64,000 nucleotides of DNA, taken from Ostrea edulis. Taxonomy: Eukaryota. Shown here one piece after another: positions 38,701 through 50,755 of this stretch. Where the stretch lies: positions 77,810,001-77,874,000 of the forward strand of contig NC_079170.1 of assembly GCF_947568905.1 (NCBI RefSeq), read 5' to 3'. A program made the translations under genes and the position numbers. Each line of letters opens with the position of its first letter. Positions within the stretch are counted from its first letter, which is position 1. The notes below the pieces were generated by a model that saw only the letters and a program-made list of their open reading frames with translations, was not told where the DNA came from and searched no databases.

Positions 38701-38954
38701 GTAAATCTTATACGGTACCAATTTTGATGCACCAGATGCGCATTTCGACAAATAATGCTCAACCGAAATTTTTGAAATCCGAAATAACTATAAACCTGTA
38801 AGAGATATTTTAGGGAAAAACAGAGTGCCAAAAATTGGAGTGAAACTCGCCTAAGCATGATGGAGATAATCCTTAATTTTGAAATGAATTATCACAACAA
38901 TTAAATATACATCCGTATTTTCAAGCTAGTAACACTGAGTAATACTTAGTTACT
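38701..38954 (-). mobile_element. Truncated hammerhead repeat with the catalytic core deleted
   Basis: AATAATG^CTCAACC: 14-nt deletion between ATG microhomologies removes CTGAAGA. Confidence 0.85.
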
Positions 38955-39300
38955 AATAATCCTATTTATAGCAAACCATTCTAGATAATATTCAATTATC
39001 AGAATGCGTATCTATAACAAAATAAAATTATTTATAGCATTCAGCTTAATGGGATGATTAATTTTAAAGTCATTTAAATCATAAATCTTATAATAGATCG
39101 ATCTATAATTCATTTGTCTAGAGTTATCATTTTATTCCCATATATCTGTACAATTACATAGGAAAATTTCTAAATTCTAAATTCTTCAATATTAAGTAGC
39201 AATGTAGAAGGAATAAATTTAAAATATCGTATTAAGTAGTATTTTCCTAAAACATTTTTCATTACACATCTTTTCTGTCACACGTTTTCTCTCCCAACAG

Positions 39301-39421
39301 GTGAGGTTGGTTCTTTTCTGAAGCATGCACCGTGGAAGCACACCGACATGTCCGCTTCTCTCAGTGGTCCAATGATTTTGACTCTCCAGTCCAAATATAA
39401 GTTGGGTTTTCAGAAAGAAGT
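39301..39421 (+). pseudogene. FReD-B exon 2 with an 11-nt deletion (121 nt, frameshifting)
   Basis: Lacks GCGGTGGTCTC relative to 2335-2466; inclusion gives GTT TCC TGA in exon 3. Confidence 0.75.
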
Positions 39422-40493
39422 GTAAGTATATGTAAACGGCGTTACGAAGAAATAGACTTGCTGTTGAAGGAGTGGTATCATTTTTATTATACGTGCATAT
39501 TATAACATTCTTTTTTAACATCAGCATGTAGTCAATGAATAGAAAAACAAGAAAGATGAATGAAACAATCAACTATCGCAGAACACTTCTGTGAAAATAT
39601 ATTCAGTATATTGTCATGATCAATGCATACGTAGTCTTATACAAACATGTAGATAGTGCTTGATTTTCATTTTTTCTGGAATTAGACCTCTAAACATTCG
39701 ACACAAATTAAGCACAAACCTTGATTCATTTCAAATGGAGGAATTATTTCTTCCGAATATAGTGTTAACTTTGTATTTCTTTTGTACTTAATACATGAAC
39801 ATACAAAACCGTCCTAACAATCTACATTCTGTTGATCCCCATAATAGCAAAGTTTTAAAAGATTTCAAAGAATTTGTCAATCATTGTTAAGCGAATAATT
39901 GTAAATATCAATACATTTAACAACCATCTGTGATTTTGCATCCACTATGAAAATTGCTTATTTCAACACTTTAACATTTTGTCCTGTCATTATGTTTAGT
40001 TCTTTTCTTGCATAAAATTCAAGGATACTCTTTTCCGTTATCAGATATCTCTGAGAAACATACTGAAAAATCAATGCAAGATTGTTCTTTACGTATTAGA
40101 TTGCTCACTGCATTCTAGCTCCAGACTGCATCACGGAACTTATCCAACGCTACGTCCCAACATGTTATTCACGCTCAAAGATGTCGATCATGTCAACAGC
40201 TACATCCACGCGGACAAAACAATAATGATATATTGTTACTTTTCACCTCTTAATGATACACTATTTTGATTCTAGTTCATTATGTTCATAATTCTGATGT
40301 TATGGTTGCTTCATATATCTTACATATACCTAGAACATACCCGGTGGCGAGTATTTTTTAAAATCTGGTGATGTAAAAGTAATTTCATTGTGTTTTTGTG
40401 AAAGAAATTGGCTTTAAATTGTCATTAGCATTGTCTATTGTAAAATGAAATACAAGAGAATGATATACATGAATTTCTATTCTTTACCAAAAG

Positions 40494-40639
40494 TTCCTGA
40501 AAAGTACAAAGACTGCTCAGAAATTTTGAAAATGAAGCCACACAGGAAAAACAGAGATGGTGTCTATACCATCTACCCCACTGAAGGAAGTAAGATAAAG
40601 GTGTTTTGTGACATGACAACAGACGGAGGCGGGTGGACG
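40494..40639 (+). CDS. FReD-B exon 3 (PEKYKDC..VFCDMTTDGGGWT)
   Basis: Canonical fibrinogen C-domain start; AAG acceptor, ACG|GTAAGT donor. Confidence 0.9.
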
Positions 40640-42788
40640 GTAAGTCAATTAAATATATATTTGAATGATTACATTAATTCTTCAAAACTACACACCTAAT
40701 TATATATTGAATATAAATCACAAGCTCAGGCAGGTGACGGACATGTTATCCGGTATGTCTGGGTATATAAAAACTAAACATTGTAATACAAATGTTACCA
40801 CCTGCGCAAATCTAAAGAATGAGTCCACTCACTGCACAGAAATGGCCCGTGGTACTTTGCTTAAGAAAAAATCAATAATACTCTGTATGTTTTTGTCTCA
40901 TCTTTGATTTCAAACTTTCTTAATTTCAATTTTTGCTTTTAACCCCACGCATCAAAATTAAATATTCGTTTAATTAATACAACAAGGATATGCTGCATAC
41001 ATAAATTTTTCATTGATTTCATGTCACATCCCTTTTTAAAAGCATGTACAAAACAGGAGCATATTTCTGTTCACATGTCTTTTTTTTCTTATGATGAGAG
41101 TGTAAAAAAAATCAAGTGTACTTTTTTGTTTTGTTAGTATACTCCGTTTACGATATTCAATCTGTCTCTAGTCTTATGAATAACGAAACAATGGTAACGG
41201 AAATAAATTATATTCATACCCACTGAGATCTATACCTATTCGATAAATAGAGCTATGTCTGCAAGTTATTCATCCTAATCCAGTAACGGTGATACTAAGT
41301 CTACATTTCCAATTCAATCAGAATCAAATACACATGTATAATAACTCTTTCATTGATCACTGTATAGTTTTCGGAACAATCCGATTTTGCAAAATAATAA
41401 TAACCATACAACAAAATAAATTTAGCTACATGATATGGGGCTCACGTTGGGTGTGGCTGGTCGACAGGAAGTGTCATTTCCTCCAAAGCACCTGGTCCCA
41501 TATCTGGTATATTCAGGGATCCGTGTTTGCCCAACTCCCTATTTTGGATTTCTTATAGCAGTTAAGAGGTTTATCACCGTTCGTTATCTTCACCTTTCAT
41601 TTTGCTAAAATCAATTAATTTTTGAAAAGTGAAGAATCTAGCATATCTTACTGATGTAACTTACAGAGATCCTTTTCTCATAGGTTATAGCTTGGTGGTT
41701 CATTTACAATGTGTGAATATGGTACAGTGAATTACTTGTAAATCAAACATCAAACCAAATTCTGAATATCAATGTGTATGTGACATTTCTTGATCTCATT
41801 GAATTCAATTGATTTTGCCTCATGCTTTTTTTTTAAAAACTGTTCATTGTTTCTCAATTTTAGTTTTTTAATTCCATAAATAAGTATTGGTTTGGGTAAT
41901 ATAACGGGAACATTTTGTTTACATCAATTTATCAGGGACTTAACGTCAAGTCCCATTCATTTTACAAGCCTGTGTAATATATGATCGCATTAATGTTTGA
42001 AATTGTCACTGAAAAAGATGATGGTTACCACTTACATTCATAACAGAAATTGAAACAGATTTTGAATTATTTTCTATGGATAAAGTGTGTGAAACTCACC
42101 GGTACCTGTCTCATTTTCTATTGATAAAATGTGTAAACATCACGAGTACCTGTCTTATTTCAAATTAATTCGTCGACAAAAACCACGCCAAAAAAAATTC
42201 TATCCAGAAATACAATTCATTGAAAGAGTACGAAATACACCTGAGAGTGTCGCTTCAGTTTTTGCTGACTACTTCTCAACTCTGTACGAGCCTGGAATAA
42301 ATTGAAATATATGACAATCAATTTTACAACAATGCCACTTCAGAGTACAATCGTATCAAAATACTAGAAATTCAAAATCCTATCGATCTTCCAAGGTGGA
42401 TATATTACAGAAAATGAAGTGGTTGATTCTATAACACTAGCGAACTAAAAACCCCTGGGCCGATAAAACTCAATCATAACATTTGATTCATTGAACAAAG
42501 TATACTATCAAAATATCTGTGTATTCTTCAACAGTATAATAGAACTATGTATAATTTCCTCTGGATGGAAACAAAGTTTGAACGAAAGGTGAAGACAACG
42601 AACAGTGATCAATAAAAATAGTTCCTACAAGCAATACAAAATAGAGAGCTGGGCAAACATGGACCCCTGTACATACCTGACGTGGGATCAGATGCCCTTG
42701 CAAAATAGAAATTACTTGATGATCCCAGTAGAGAAGGTATATTTGCTAAAATCACCAGACATCGTATTATGGGGTCAGTATTTTTTAT

Positions 42789-43025
42789 GAAAAACTTATA
42801 CGGTACCAATTTTGCAGCACCAGATGCGCATTTCAACAAATAATGTATCTTCAGTTTATGCTCAACCGAAGTGTTTGAAATCCGAAATAACAATGAAGTT
42901 TTAGAGCTTTTATAGGGAAAAACAGGGTGCCAAAAAGTTGAGTCAAATTCGTCTAAGGATAAGAGCTATGCGTGAGGGAGATAATCCTTAATTTTGAAAT
43001 AAATTTCTAAATTTTATAACAGCAA
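42789..43025 (-). mobile_element. Truncated, degenerate hammerhead repeat
   Basis: Positional equivalent of 9447-10034 but a single partial unit; motif mutated. Confidence 0.8.
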
Positions 43026-43382
43026 TGTATGTGATATTAAATATCATCGTCCTGAATATGTATATTTGTAGTTCATCAGATTTGATCCAATGTCAGCAAA
43101 GATCCAAAATGTTCCATTTGTCCTAATAAATGATGTCTTTCAATTGAATCTTTTCGGCGAATTTTCCCTTCGTCACCTTAGCTATGATTCTCATTTACAA
43201 ATGTGAATTGTTAGGAAAAGGAGCAACCGCTGCCTTAGTTTTGACGCGGTCGTGGTAAGAGCGGTGTTCAGGGGTTCAAACTCATATCTCCCGGATATAA
43301 CGCGAACGTTTTACCACTGTACTACTGGCACATATTATGTATCATTTACTTATTTTTCCTTATTTTTCCATTTATTTTTCAG

Positions 43383-43482
43383 GTGATACAAAGAAGAATG
43401 GATGGAACCACAAATTTTCAAAACAAAAAATGGAAAGATTTTGCGGAAGGATTTGGTCATCCGGATCACGAATATTGGCTTG
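43383..43482 (+). CDS. FReD-B exon 4 (VIQRRMDGTTNFQNKKWKDFAEGFGHPDHEYWLG)
   Basis: QRRxDG and EYWLG fibrinogen motifs; phases 0 and 1. Confidence 0.9.
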
Positions 43483-43706
43483 GTTAATATTTAATTTTTG
43501 TAGAGTGAAAATTATTTTTACATAGTTTAAACAAAGTACTTGAATATGAAAGGTGAAGATAACGAACATTGATCCATCTCATAACTCCTATAAGCAATAC
43601 AAAATAGATAGTTTGGCAAATAAAAGTAGGGGGAATGGAAATGGAATAGAACATTTATTTTAATCACCGTTTCCTCATTTCTGAGATTTTTTCGAAGATA
43701 ATATAC

Positions 43707-43710
<4 letters not shown>

Positions 43711-43757
<47 letters not shown>
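43711..43757. repeat. (AT)n microsatellite
   Basis: Direct. Confidence 0.95.
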
Positions 43758-43759
<2 letters not shown>

Positions 43760-44105
43760 ATTGATTTATAAGTATCGTATATCTATTCGAAAATACTCTT
43801 AAATATTTTGAAATTTTATAACATGTATAAAAAGAAAATATACAGTTTCAATTTTGAGCTGAAATTTCAGAAGTACACCACAGCATAACTTACAAATAAA
43901 AATAGAATATTAAAACTGTTTTGTTTACAAACATGAAATATTAAGAATATGTAATTCATTAAGTTACTGATTGATCACTGTTCGCTATCTTCACCTTTAT
44001 TTAGTTACGTACTTTTGCAACAAAATGTTAGGTAAGATGCATGTCTATATCTTCATACATCAAATATGTTGTTCTTATGTCCTTATGTGTTGAAAATTCT
44101 TTCAG

Positions 44106-44276
44106 GTAACAATGCCGTGCATGATTTAACTAAAAGCGGTAAAATGAAACTAAGAATAGACATGAAGAGGTTCAACGGGGAACAAGGATTTGTACAATAC
44201 TCGACCTTTATTGTCGGAAGTAGATCTGATAAGTACAGGCTGAAAATAACGGGATTCCGGGGATCATTCGGAATGA
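44106..44276 (+). CDS. FReD-B exon 5
   Basis: NNAVHDLTKSGKMKLRIDM..YSTFIVGSRSDKYRLKITGFRGSFGM; 171 nt, phase 1-1. Confidence 0.9.
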
Positions 44277-44777
44277 GTAAGTATTTATTGTTATAGTAAT
44301 TAGTATCACTAGTTCTATAAATTAATGTATATGGTGATTGTCTAAAGAGATATCAAACACAATGTCTATTTATACTATATTCTGCTTATACAGCAAATGG
44401 GCTCTACATAAACGGAACAGGGTTTTTAGTTCTTACAATGAATTACATTCAAATAATCAATAGGGTGTTGCTAAAACGCGGAACGGAAAACAAAACGGAA
44501 GACCGAACGGAAAACGGAAAATATTGTATGCAACAATGCTGTGAGGAGGGCAGCATTTTGCAGAATAAAAACAATTATCATGAAGAAGAGAAGCAGACAT
44601 TACAGAGAAAGTGAAAAGCCATCCACAGAATCCACCGTTTATAACACCCTATAATTTTAATAGGTATACTGGGACAGATTTTCACTTTGACATGGACTGT
44701 AATTCAGAAATTCTGACAGTTGTTTGAAAAGCTGAAAACATTACCCTACGATATTTCAGTGGTAGTCGACCCCCACA

Positions 44778-45030
44778 CCGCCGCGGTGGCCAAGAGGATA
44801 GAGCTTTTGTCCTGCATGCGGAAGGCCAGGGTTCGAATTCCGGCCGCGACAGACCTAAGTCTTTAAAAACATGTTCACTGTAGTGAAAGTTTCATCGTCA
44901 AACGCTCAGCATCAGGTGTAAATGTCACGGGTCCTCGGAGATGACCTTAAAAACGAATGGCGCGTGTCACAGTAGGTATGACACGCTAAATAACCCTCAC
45001 TGCTCAATGGCCATAAGCGCCAAACAAAGG
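44778..45030 (+). mobile_element. tRNA-derived SINE (possibly MetaSINE-like); partial copy at 46681-46848
   Basis: A box GTGGCCAAGAGG and B box GGTTCGAATTCC followed by a body shared between the two copies. Subfamily name is from recall only. Confidence 0.7.
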
Positions 45031-47769
45031 TCTTTTGAATCATATTATAAAATATTATTACACTGTATCATCTCGACAGAATAGAGCAAACAAACAAGTG
45101 TGTTGGCAGTTTTTGTCATGGCTTTACTTATTCTAAAATATAAATGACAGAACAAATTACAATACAATGTATAAATGATAAATGGAAATTCACAATGAGC
45201 AATGAGACATCAATGATTATATTCCATATTATCAATGGCCAAGAACCGTCAATGCTTAACCAATATTCACAATGAAGTCCATCATCAGTAAGCGTTCAAT
45301 ATTCATAGGTCAATGAAGTTCAATGGTAAATGTTCGATATGTTCGTTGTATGATACACATTAAATGATGATCAATGGATTTTACACACAATGGTCTACAT
45401 CGACTTTTCCAATAGTGTATGATGTAGAAACAATGAAAATAGCACAATGGCGGAAGCCCAAATTATTGGTCAGAGACTGGAAAATTAGCAGAATCGGCGG
45501 CAGGGCTTCCAGCAAAATTCGGCCATATGTCTGAAGGCGTCAGATCCCATTATCTGATGCATGAAGACATCCGCCACAAGCGGGCATATTTTGCCCATGC
45601 CATGGCAAAACTGCACTACTGAGGTAAAGATGGATAAATTGGAAATTTTCACACAAACCTTCTTGTATACCAATCAAAAATACAGTTTGGGCAATATCAG
45701 AGAGATGGGTACCATCTGGGTATAACTTACGGGTACAGTTTTGTAAGTCAGGGTAATTAATGTAGCCACCATTTCTAGAGATCATGAAATTGGACATGAA
45801 ACTGTTTATCCTAACCCTTGCTTTTTCGGCTGCGATGTGCGAAAACATGTGCCGATAATATTTCCGTGGTAAGATTTGAGACCAAATGATTCTACATCTA
45901 GGTAACATAGAATGGATATTAGCAAGTGTTAATTTCATAATTTTTTGAAGATGACGCAATGACACGGTACCAATACTATTTACCCCACATTATAACACTG
46001 ACATCCGGATAGCCAAACTGTCGAACAACTTCACGTAACCGACGCTTTACATCTTCCCAAAGCATGCTTCTCTAGCCAAACCATCTTACGAAAATGTTTT
46101 GGGACTGAAGATGTACATGTATATGTTGGTTTGAATAATTCGCAAATGTATGCTGGTGGGCGTATTGCATTAAAGTTGAACCCACTATCCAAACTGTAAT
46201 ACCGGTACCTGCAAACTCAGCATACTGTTAGCAAACAGTTTAAATGTTGCAAGGTATTTTATACCCGAAGATAAGATTGAACAGCATTGGATTTCCAACA
46301 ACCTTTATCCTTAATTTCGTCTTCGAGTACGCCTCTAAGAACAAATGTGTGGCCCCACCTATTTGAAATGAATGAGATTCAAAAGTACCAGTGTCCGGGC
46401 CAATAAAGGACAAGGTACGGTTTTAGCCAAAATCTGCCCGGCGTTTATGGAGGAAAATTATTTTGCGTTGCAGATATTTTCCTGTCAAATTCCTAAAAGA
46501 GTGATTTATAGTATCTCTCAAAAGCATATGGAAATCAACTCATCTACGCGCATGCGTAGTACATAATCAAATAAAGTAAGGGCTTTCAGGTTATTTGTGG
46601 TGTTTTCATGGTTTTTGTATTGATAAACTTGTGAAATTGAACACCTCTTCCCTCTTTTAAGCACACTATCTATAAATATTCGCCCCGCATGCGGAAGGTC
46701 CGGGGTTCGAATCCCGGCCGCGACAGACCGAAGTCGTTAAAACAGGTAATGACAGTTTCATCGCCAAAATGCTCGGCATCAAGTGTGAATGTTACGGGTC
46801 CTTGTAGATGACCCTAACACCGGATGACCGGTGTCACAATGTGGCACTGGGGGTCTTCAGTGTTCTACTATATCTGCAATGGTTGCAAAACTATTTAGTT
46901 GTTTGGGGAACACTAATTCACTTTCATTTTTGAAAACAATACAAAACAAAAAAAGTTTGTGTAGCTAAGATAGGGATTAATATACATTTCTTGCAAGGCA
47001 CTTTTTACTAAGGAATATATGTTACTCATTAAAATTATTTTTAAATTGAGGTGCCTGAAAGATAATTTGCTCCATATGTGTTACTCGTATTACTATATGT
47101 ATTTTAATTTACAATGATTGAAATAGATTATAGGCGCATAGATCGGGGTTTTTTTAAAAGGGGGGTGACTTCTCAAAACATTGACAAACACAAAAATAGG
47201 GATTTTGGTATCATTGGAGTGGGTTGATTACATGTATCCAATGTATCAATTACAAATACATTTCATCTATCTTTCTCTACTACTATAAAATGCAGTCCGG
47301 GGGAGGGGGGTTACACAAAGCGAATACACAACATATGGATAGATCTATATATAGATATAATATTGAGACTCGCAGTATTGAGCATTCCGTCAAAATTTTG
47401 TTTTTCTCCATTCGAGATAAATATACGATGTATGTATATACTTGCATAATCAGAAAATGCAGTTTAGATTTTAATGGTTTTCTTTTATCATGGGGCAGGG
47501 GTTGGTTAGCAAGTCTTAAGTTTTATTTCTCTTGTATAAACTATCGAATGATTTTTGTATTTTACAACTTTTAAGAGGGTTTCTTTGAGCAAAAGTGGAT
47601 ACGATGACACTAAATTGCGCAAACCAAGTGTTGGGGTGTACAAGCTTTGTGTCGCTCAGTTGTACAGTACCGAACACATTGACGATTTTTTGTGAAGAAA
47701 CCTGATAGTGGTGAGTGAGAATGTGTTTGAATATGTGCATGAGAGACGGTCTGTTTGAGGCATGGTATA

Positions 47770-47774
<5 letters not shown>

Positions 47775-47820
<46 letters not shown>
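47775..47820. repeat. (GA)n microsatellite
   Basis: Direct. Confidence 0.95.
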
Positions 47821-47825
<5 letters not shown>

Positions 47826-47926
47826 ACTTAAAAAGTTTTCATGTTTTGTTTGTTTATTTTACGTCCTTTCGAGAACTTTTCTCTCAAATTGAGAAATCAT
47901 CAGCTGTATGTGAAGTACCACATATA

Positions 47927-48268
47927 CCCTGGGTCGAGGCCTCTGCTGGTGGACTGTTAGTCCCCGAGGGTCTCTACAGCCCAGTTGCTAAGTACTTCGT
48001 TACTAGCTTGAAAATACGGATGTATATTTAATTGCTGTTATAAAATTTAGAAATTCATTTCAAAATGAAGGATTATCTCCCTCATGCATAGCTCTTATCC
48101 TTGGACGAATTTGGCTCCACTTGTTTGGCACGCTGTTTTTGGCTATATTTAGCTCTAAAACTTCATAGTTATCTCGGATTTCAACATTTTGGTTGAGCAT
48201 CACTGAGGAGACATTATTTGTCGAAATGCGCATCTGGTGCATCAAAATTGGTACCGTATAAGTTTTAC
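47927..48268 (+). mobile_element. Near-full monomer of the hammerhead repeat, sense to FReD-B pre-mRNA
   Basis: Reverse complement of the 53142 unit. Confidence 0.9.
48193..48245 (+). ncRNA. Minimal type I hammerhead ribozyme, all elements intact
   Basis: GCATCA-CTGAGGA-GAC attattt GTC-GAA-ATGCGCAT-C|TGGTGC; predicted cleavage after 48234. Confidence 0.85.
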
Positions 48269-48417
48269 ATATAAAACCTATGATTAGCACTTAAGGCTAT
48301 AGCATTGATTTTTTTTAACGTGCCAATACCTGTTGTGACACAGGACCTCCTTTTTTAAGGTCACGAAAAGCTGAAGGTATCGAATAGTGATGAATTCGAA
48401 TTTGCGTAATTTCTATA

Positions 48418-48490
48418 AAGAATACAAAATAAAGAGTAGGGCAAACACGGACCCCTGGACACAGTCGAGGTGGCATCAGGTGCCTATCTG
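48418..48490 (-). mobile_element. Internal fragment of a Penelope-like tail
   Basis: AATACAAAATAAAGAGTAGGGCAAACACGGACCCCTGG. Confidence 0.7.
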
Positions 48491-50501
48491 AAAGACCCGT
48501 GATTCTCACTTTTGTCGAGCGTTTGTCGAAGAGCACATGCATGTCTACCTCTCAGGTTCGACGTGGCATGTCATGAGCGGGGTTCGAACACACAATACCT
48601 CCCGGTTACGAAGCGAATGCCCTACCACTGATAACCGTAACCGTTTCATAGTTATCTTCCCTTTGAAGTTGTGTTTCTAGTTTCTCAGAAACACTGAGTT
48701 TTTTCCTGAGTATACCTATGAAATGACATTTTGCTCCAACTTAATACCACGCATATAATATTGAGAATATACATATATGGAATATTGCGTATGCCAATTA
48801 AAAACAAATACCGATGAATTCTATTGTGTTCCGATTCGTGAAAAATTACATTGGTGATAACCCAAACTTCGCATAAAATTCAGTGATTTGAATTTGAGCT
48901 GCCTTTGATGTCATCATTTTTTTCCGAATGCACGCGAGACTCTAACAAATATAAAAAAAAAATCTTAAAATTCGCCACAATAAAGGAAGTTGGAGACAGA
49001 AATAAGAAATCACTGTTACCAGCATATAAATGTTTCTTTAATTAATTTGGTGTTCAAACCATTATATTTCTACACCAGAAAAGCTTTCCGCGAATACCTG
49101 CAGTTTTTGCCCCTGTGCGGCATATCTGATGTGGTTTCAATTTCCATTTAATACCCATTCAAATCAGTACAAAAACCAATAATTTCGCATTTATTAAGAA
49201 TTAATAGTTCTATGTGTGATACAGTTTTTATTTCCTACTCAAAACATCGCTTGGGAAGAACTCGTATATTACGTCAAAATTAACGTCAAATTTGGTGACG
49301 TCGTCAGGTTAATATAAAGTTTTCCGTTGAATATATTACAGCTACTATTGTAGATAAAGAATAACAATGCTCATTTACATAAATGGCACATTCTCAAATA
49401 CCAGATTTAGTATTTTGGTGAATTTCCTTGACAGGGCAGATTTTGGCTAAAACCGTACCTTGTCCTTTAGTTGACATGTGGAGTACCGCCGTAAAATGAT
49501 ATGATGTTAGAGGTTTTGAATTGAGGTGGCAAAAGAATGGGCCTTGAACATGTGGTCTGATTGATAAGAATTTATGTAAGTGGGGCAAATAAAGTGGATG
49601 TTTGTTGAGTAGTATTTGAATTGTGGCGCCTTTGCGAGGTTGAACAGTTTTGAACCCCGCAAATATGAACTTGATAGCTTATGCCACTCATGTAACATCT
49701 AGCAGGTAAATATATTTAATTTGCTGCCCGATATGCGATGTAATTAAAAAAATGATGGAATGGTGGTGGCAATGAAAATTTGTTACGAAATATGCTAAGC
49801 GAGTGAAACGTTTTCTTTTGTGAAATCTGTAAAGGAAGCGATCATTGCGCATGGTCAAGATGATGATGTTGCGGAGATTGACGATGATCGACGATGGGCA
49901 TTGCACTAATCAAGGACATGGGAGTTGTCTATCTTGAGCACATAATTGTTCTAGTCGTTCTCAATAACGGGACTTAACTGGTATTGAGTTAAGTCTGATT
50001 ATGTGTAAATTTACATGTGAATGCGCGTTAATGACGTTTTGCCACCCGGGGGAGGGCATGTAAATACCTGTGTTCTTTCCATTCTCTACCCATAGGTGTC
50101 GTTACTCGCGAACACATCTGTCAATGCCGACATTTAAATATTCTTGTAAAACGCATTGTAATTTCTTAAACAGACGCGTAACTTCAATTTATCAAGCAGA
50201 ATTTTAAGATAAAATTGATCTACAGCTCGTAAACAAATTCCTACAAATTTAGATTTTAATCATAATAAAGTATTTTCTTCCGATTTTGGTGTTTTCTTAG
50301 TTAAATTAATCATTTTAATCCTTAAATCCTTAAATTTTGTTTCGTTTTCCATTCCGCTCCGTCTTCCTTTCCGTTTTCCATTCAGCGTTTTAGCAACACC
50401 CTTATCAATACGTACTGGCGTAACAAAATAATTTCGGTTATCACTTTGTCGGCATATTGCCATTGCACCACTTGTTACTTAATGTACTTATTTATTCACA
50501 G

Positions 50502-50755
50502 AGGATTCCCTTGCTTATCATAATGGGATGCAATTCTCCACAATAGACAACGATAACGACCGGTGGAAAAATAACTGTGCCACAACGTATGGAAATGGAT
50601 GGTGGTTCAACGTCTGTCATCATAGTAATCTTAATGGTATATACTATAGAAAACCAACATCCGGTGGTAAAGGAATGAAGTGGTATTTCTGGGGTCACAA
50701 AAGCACAAATGAACCTTTGAAATATACAATGATGATGATTAAGCCAAAGGCGTAA
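50502..50755 (+). CDS. FReD-B exon 6 (DSLAYHNGMQFSTIDNDND..NCA..GWWFNVCHHSNLNG..WYFWG..MMIKPKA*)
   Basis: Intact fibrinogen P-subdomain motifs; CACAG acceptor; AATAAA at 50779-50784. Confidence 0.92.

Larger units (their letters stand above)
46407..49466. mobile_element. Kolobok-like non-autonomous TIR element (3060 bp) splitting the YR remnant (copy B only)
   Basis: Perfect 33-bp TIR AGGACAAGGTACGGTTTTAGCCAAAATCTGCCC; flanks ATAA and TTAG (TTAA-like); flanking sequence is contiguous in copy A at ~13385-13400. Confidence 0.8.
44462..50402. mobile_element. Composite TIR element (~5.9 kb) in FReD-B intron 5 carrying a YR plus SGNH remnant
   Basis: AGGGTGTTGCTAAAACGC identical at both ends in inverted orientation, followed by GGAACGGAAAAC-type subterminal repeats; possible 7-bp TSD AATCAAT/TATCAAT. 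Confidence 0.7.

Noticed and set aside
40050-40230. Minus-strand CPRGCSC peptide suggesting an LRR N-cap remnant (paralog ~6690-6840)
   Set aside because: Multiple stops, not conserved in frame in copy A, and no recognisable LRR repeats.
43527-43760. ORFs built on microsatellites (also 29772-30020)
   Set aside because: Artefacts of (AT)n and (GAA)n tracts.
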